Shown: piece after piece, positions 36,326-37,056 of the stretch
Position numbering within the stretch: position 1 is the stretch's first letter
Layout: the number at the start of each line of letters is the position of its first letter
Origin: an uncultured Nitrososphaerota archaeon
GTDB lineage: Archaea > Asgardarchaeota > Njordarchaeia > Njordarchaeales > Panguiarchaeaceae
Length of the DNA: 37,056 nucleotides
Assembly (NCBI GenBank): GCA_964636085.1
Contig: CAZWPQ010000007.1
Location: forward strand, 42,988-80,043
Direction of reading: 5' to 3'
The notes under the pieces: generated by a model
Database searches by the model: none
What the model was told of the DNA's origin: nothing
What the model saw: the letters and a program-made list of their open reading frames with translations, nothing else
Position numbers and translations under genes: made by a program

Positions 36326-36924
36326 CTATATCTGTGGTAGTCCTGCCATTTTTGCGAGTTTTCTGATGTGTTTTGCCTCGAGGAGATATATGCCTTTTTC
36401 TTTTGCGTAATCTATCAGTTCTTTTTGGAATCCGAAATATGAGAAGATTATTGCCAGTTCTATATCGTAGCCGAGTTTTTTTGCTAGAATTATTCCTTTT
36501 TCTAGTTCTTTCGCTTTTTCTGGTTTTGCTTTTTCTCCAAAATAACATTCTCCAACAAGTACTCTGTTTTTCTTGATTATTCCTAAAATGTCAATTTCTA
36601 TGTCTCCTTTTGTCAGTCTTTCTATTCGTTCTAGCTTTGGGATTATTAGTTTATCCCCCTTAACATCTTCGATCTCTAAGTCCTGTTGGAGAGAAAATAA
36701 TATTTCCCGGATGTATGACTCGAAGCTTAGTGATGAAACAAGGATTCGCTGTATCGTTTCTCTACGAAGCTCTGGAAATTCTTTTAGCTTTAGCCATGCC
36801 ACGAAAACTTTGTCATATATGCTGTATGTTACGCGTTTTCTTCCTTTCTCAATTTTTCTTACTATGCCAGCCTTGACAAGATCTTTTAGAGCTCTTATGG
36901 TATTTATCGATGTGAACTGTTTAT
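36326..36924 (-). pseudogene. 3' fragment of an archaeal ATPase gene (wHTH + DUF234-like PD-(D/E)xK domain), 5'-truncated
   Basis: The frame extends upstream of the tracked ORF through TIRALKDLVKAGIVRKIEKGRKRVTYSIYDKVFVAWL (second half of a wHTH) to an in-frame TAG at 36927-36925. Downstream motifs: FESYIRE, EIDILG, VGECYF. The ATPase domain is absent. Confidence 0.7.
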
Positions 36925-37056
36925 CCTAAGAAAGTTCGACAGTGTTGCCCACTAGACCAGTGTGAGACTCACATAGAGAACACCCTCATGAATCGAATCG
37001 AAAAACTTCATCACATGATACACTCTTCCCACATCAATGCCAGTTATATAGCGTGA
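36925..37056 (-). mobile_element. Possible IS110-family remnant or element end
   Basis: Minus frame reads SRYITGIDVGRVYHVMKFFD..., similar to the IS110 N-terminal GIDVxKxxH motif, and stops at 36952. Palindrome TGTGAG-A-CTCACA at 36961-36973. Abuts the truncation point of the ATPase gene. Confidence 0.35.

Noticed and set aside
36147-36548. 133-aa basic ORF, and + strand ORF 36573..36929
   Set aside because: Alternative-frame or antisense shadows of the ATPase fragment.
36965-37015. Possible minus-strand C/D sRNA starting at GTGATGA
   Set aside because: No canonical CTGA D box at a suitable distance, and a poor C' box.
1-37056. CRISPR array, tRNA/rRNA genes, diversity-generating retroelement
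   Set aside because: By eye, no regularly spaced repeats, cloverleaf or rRNA-like GC-rich tracts, reverse transcriptase, or TR/VR repeat pair were found.

Overview
Gene-dense, AT-rich archaeal chromosomal segment. Evidence: GGTGA/GGAGG ribosome-binding sites, C/D-box sRNAs, HerA/NurA, a single-domain KaiC-like ATPase and a beta-CASP nuclease. The gene content suggests a thermophilic TACK/Asgard-type lineage, which is an inference. It holds about 26 protein genes. One is missed by the ORF track: a kinase + tandem wHTH + WD40 gene on the minus strand, 2019 to <1. There are also three C/D-box guide sRNAs and a truncated ATPase/nuclease gene abutting a probable IS110-like remnant. No rRNA, tRNA or CRISPR array was seen. 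The most notable observations are: (1) a threonine-synthase-fold protein lacking the PLP lysine, fused to a PadR-type DNA-binding domain; (2) a C/D sRNA whose guide is complementary to the conserved 16S rRNA 3' anti-SD tail, beside a beta-CASP RNase; (3) a PIG-M-like GT-C glycosyltransferase fused to a catalytically degenerate GH99-like domain; (4) a GH2 glycosidase with a multi-TM insertion inside its catalytic barrel, next to a GT4; (5) a 1179-aa TrmB-like regulator split by ~1000 aa of amphipathic helix; (6) a translationally coupled operon of two membrane proteins plus a ParA/MinD-like ATPase, converging on HerA-NurA and a degenerate ABC ATPase. All family calls come from reading motifs by eye; no database search was run.
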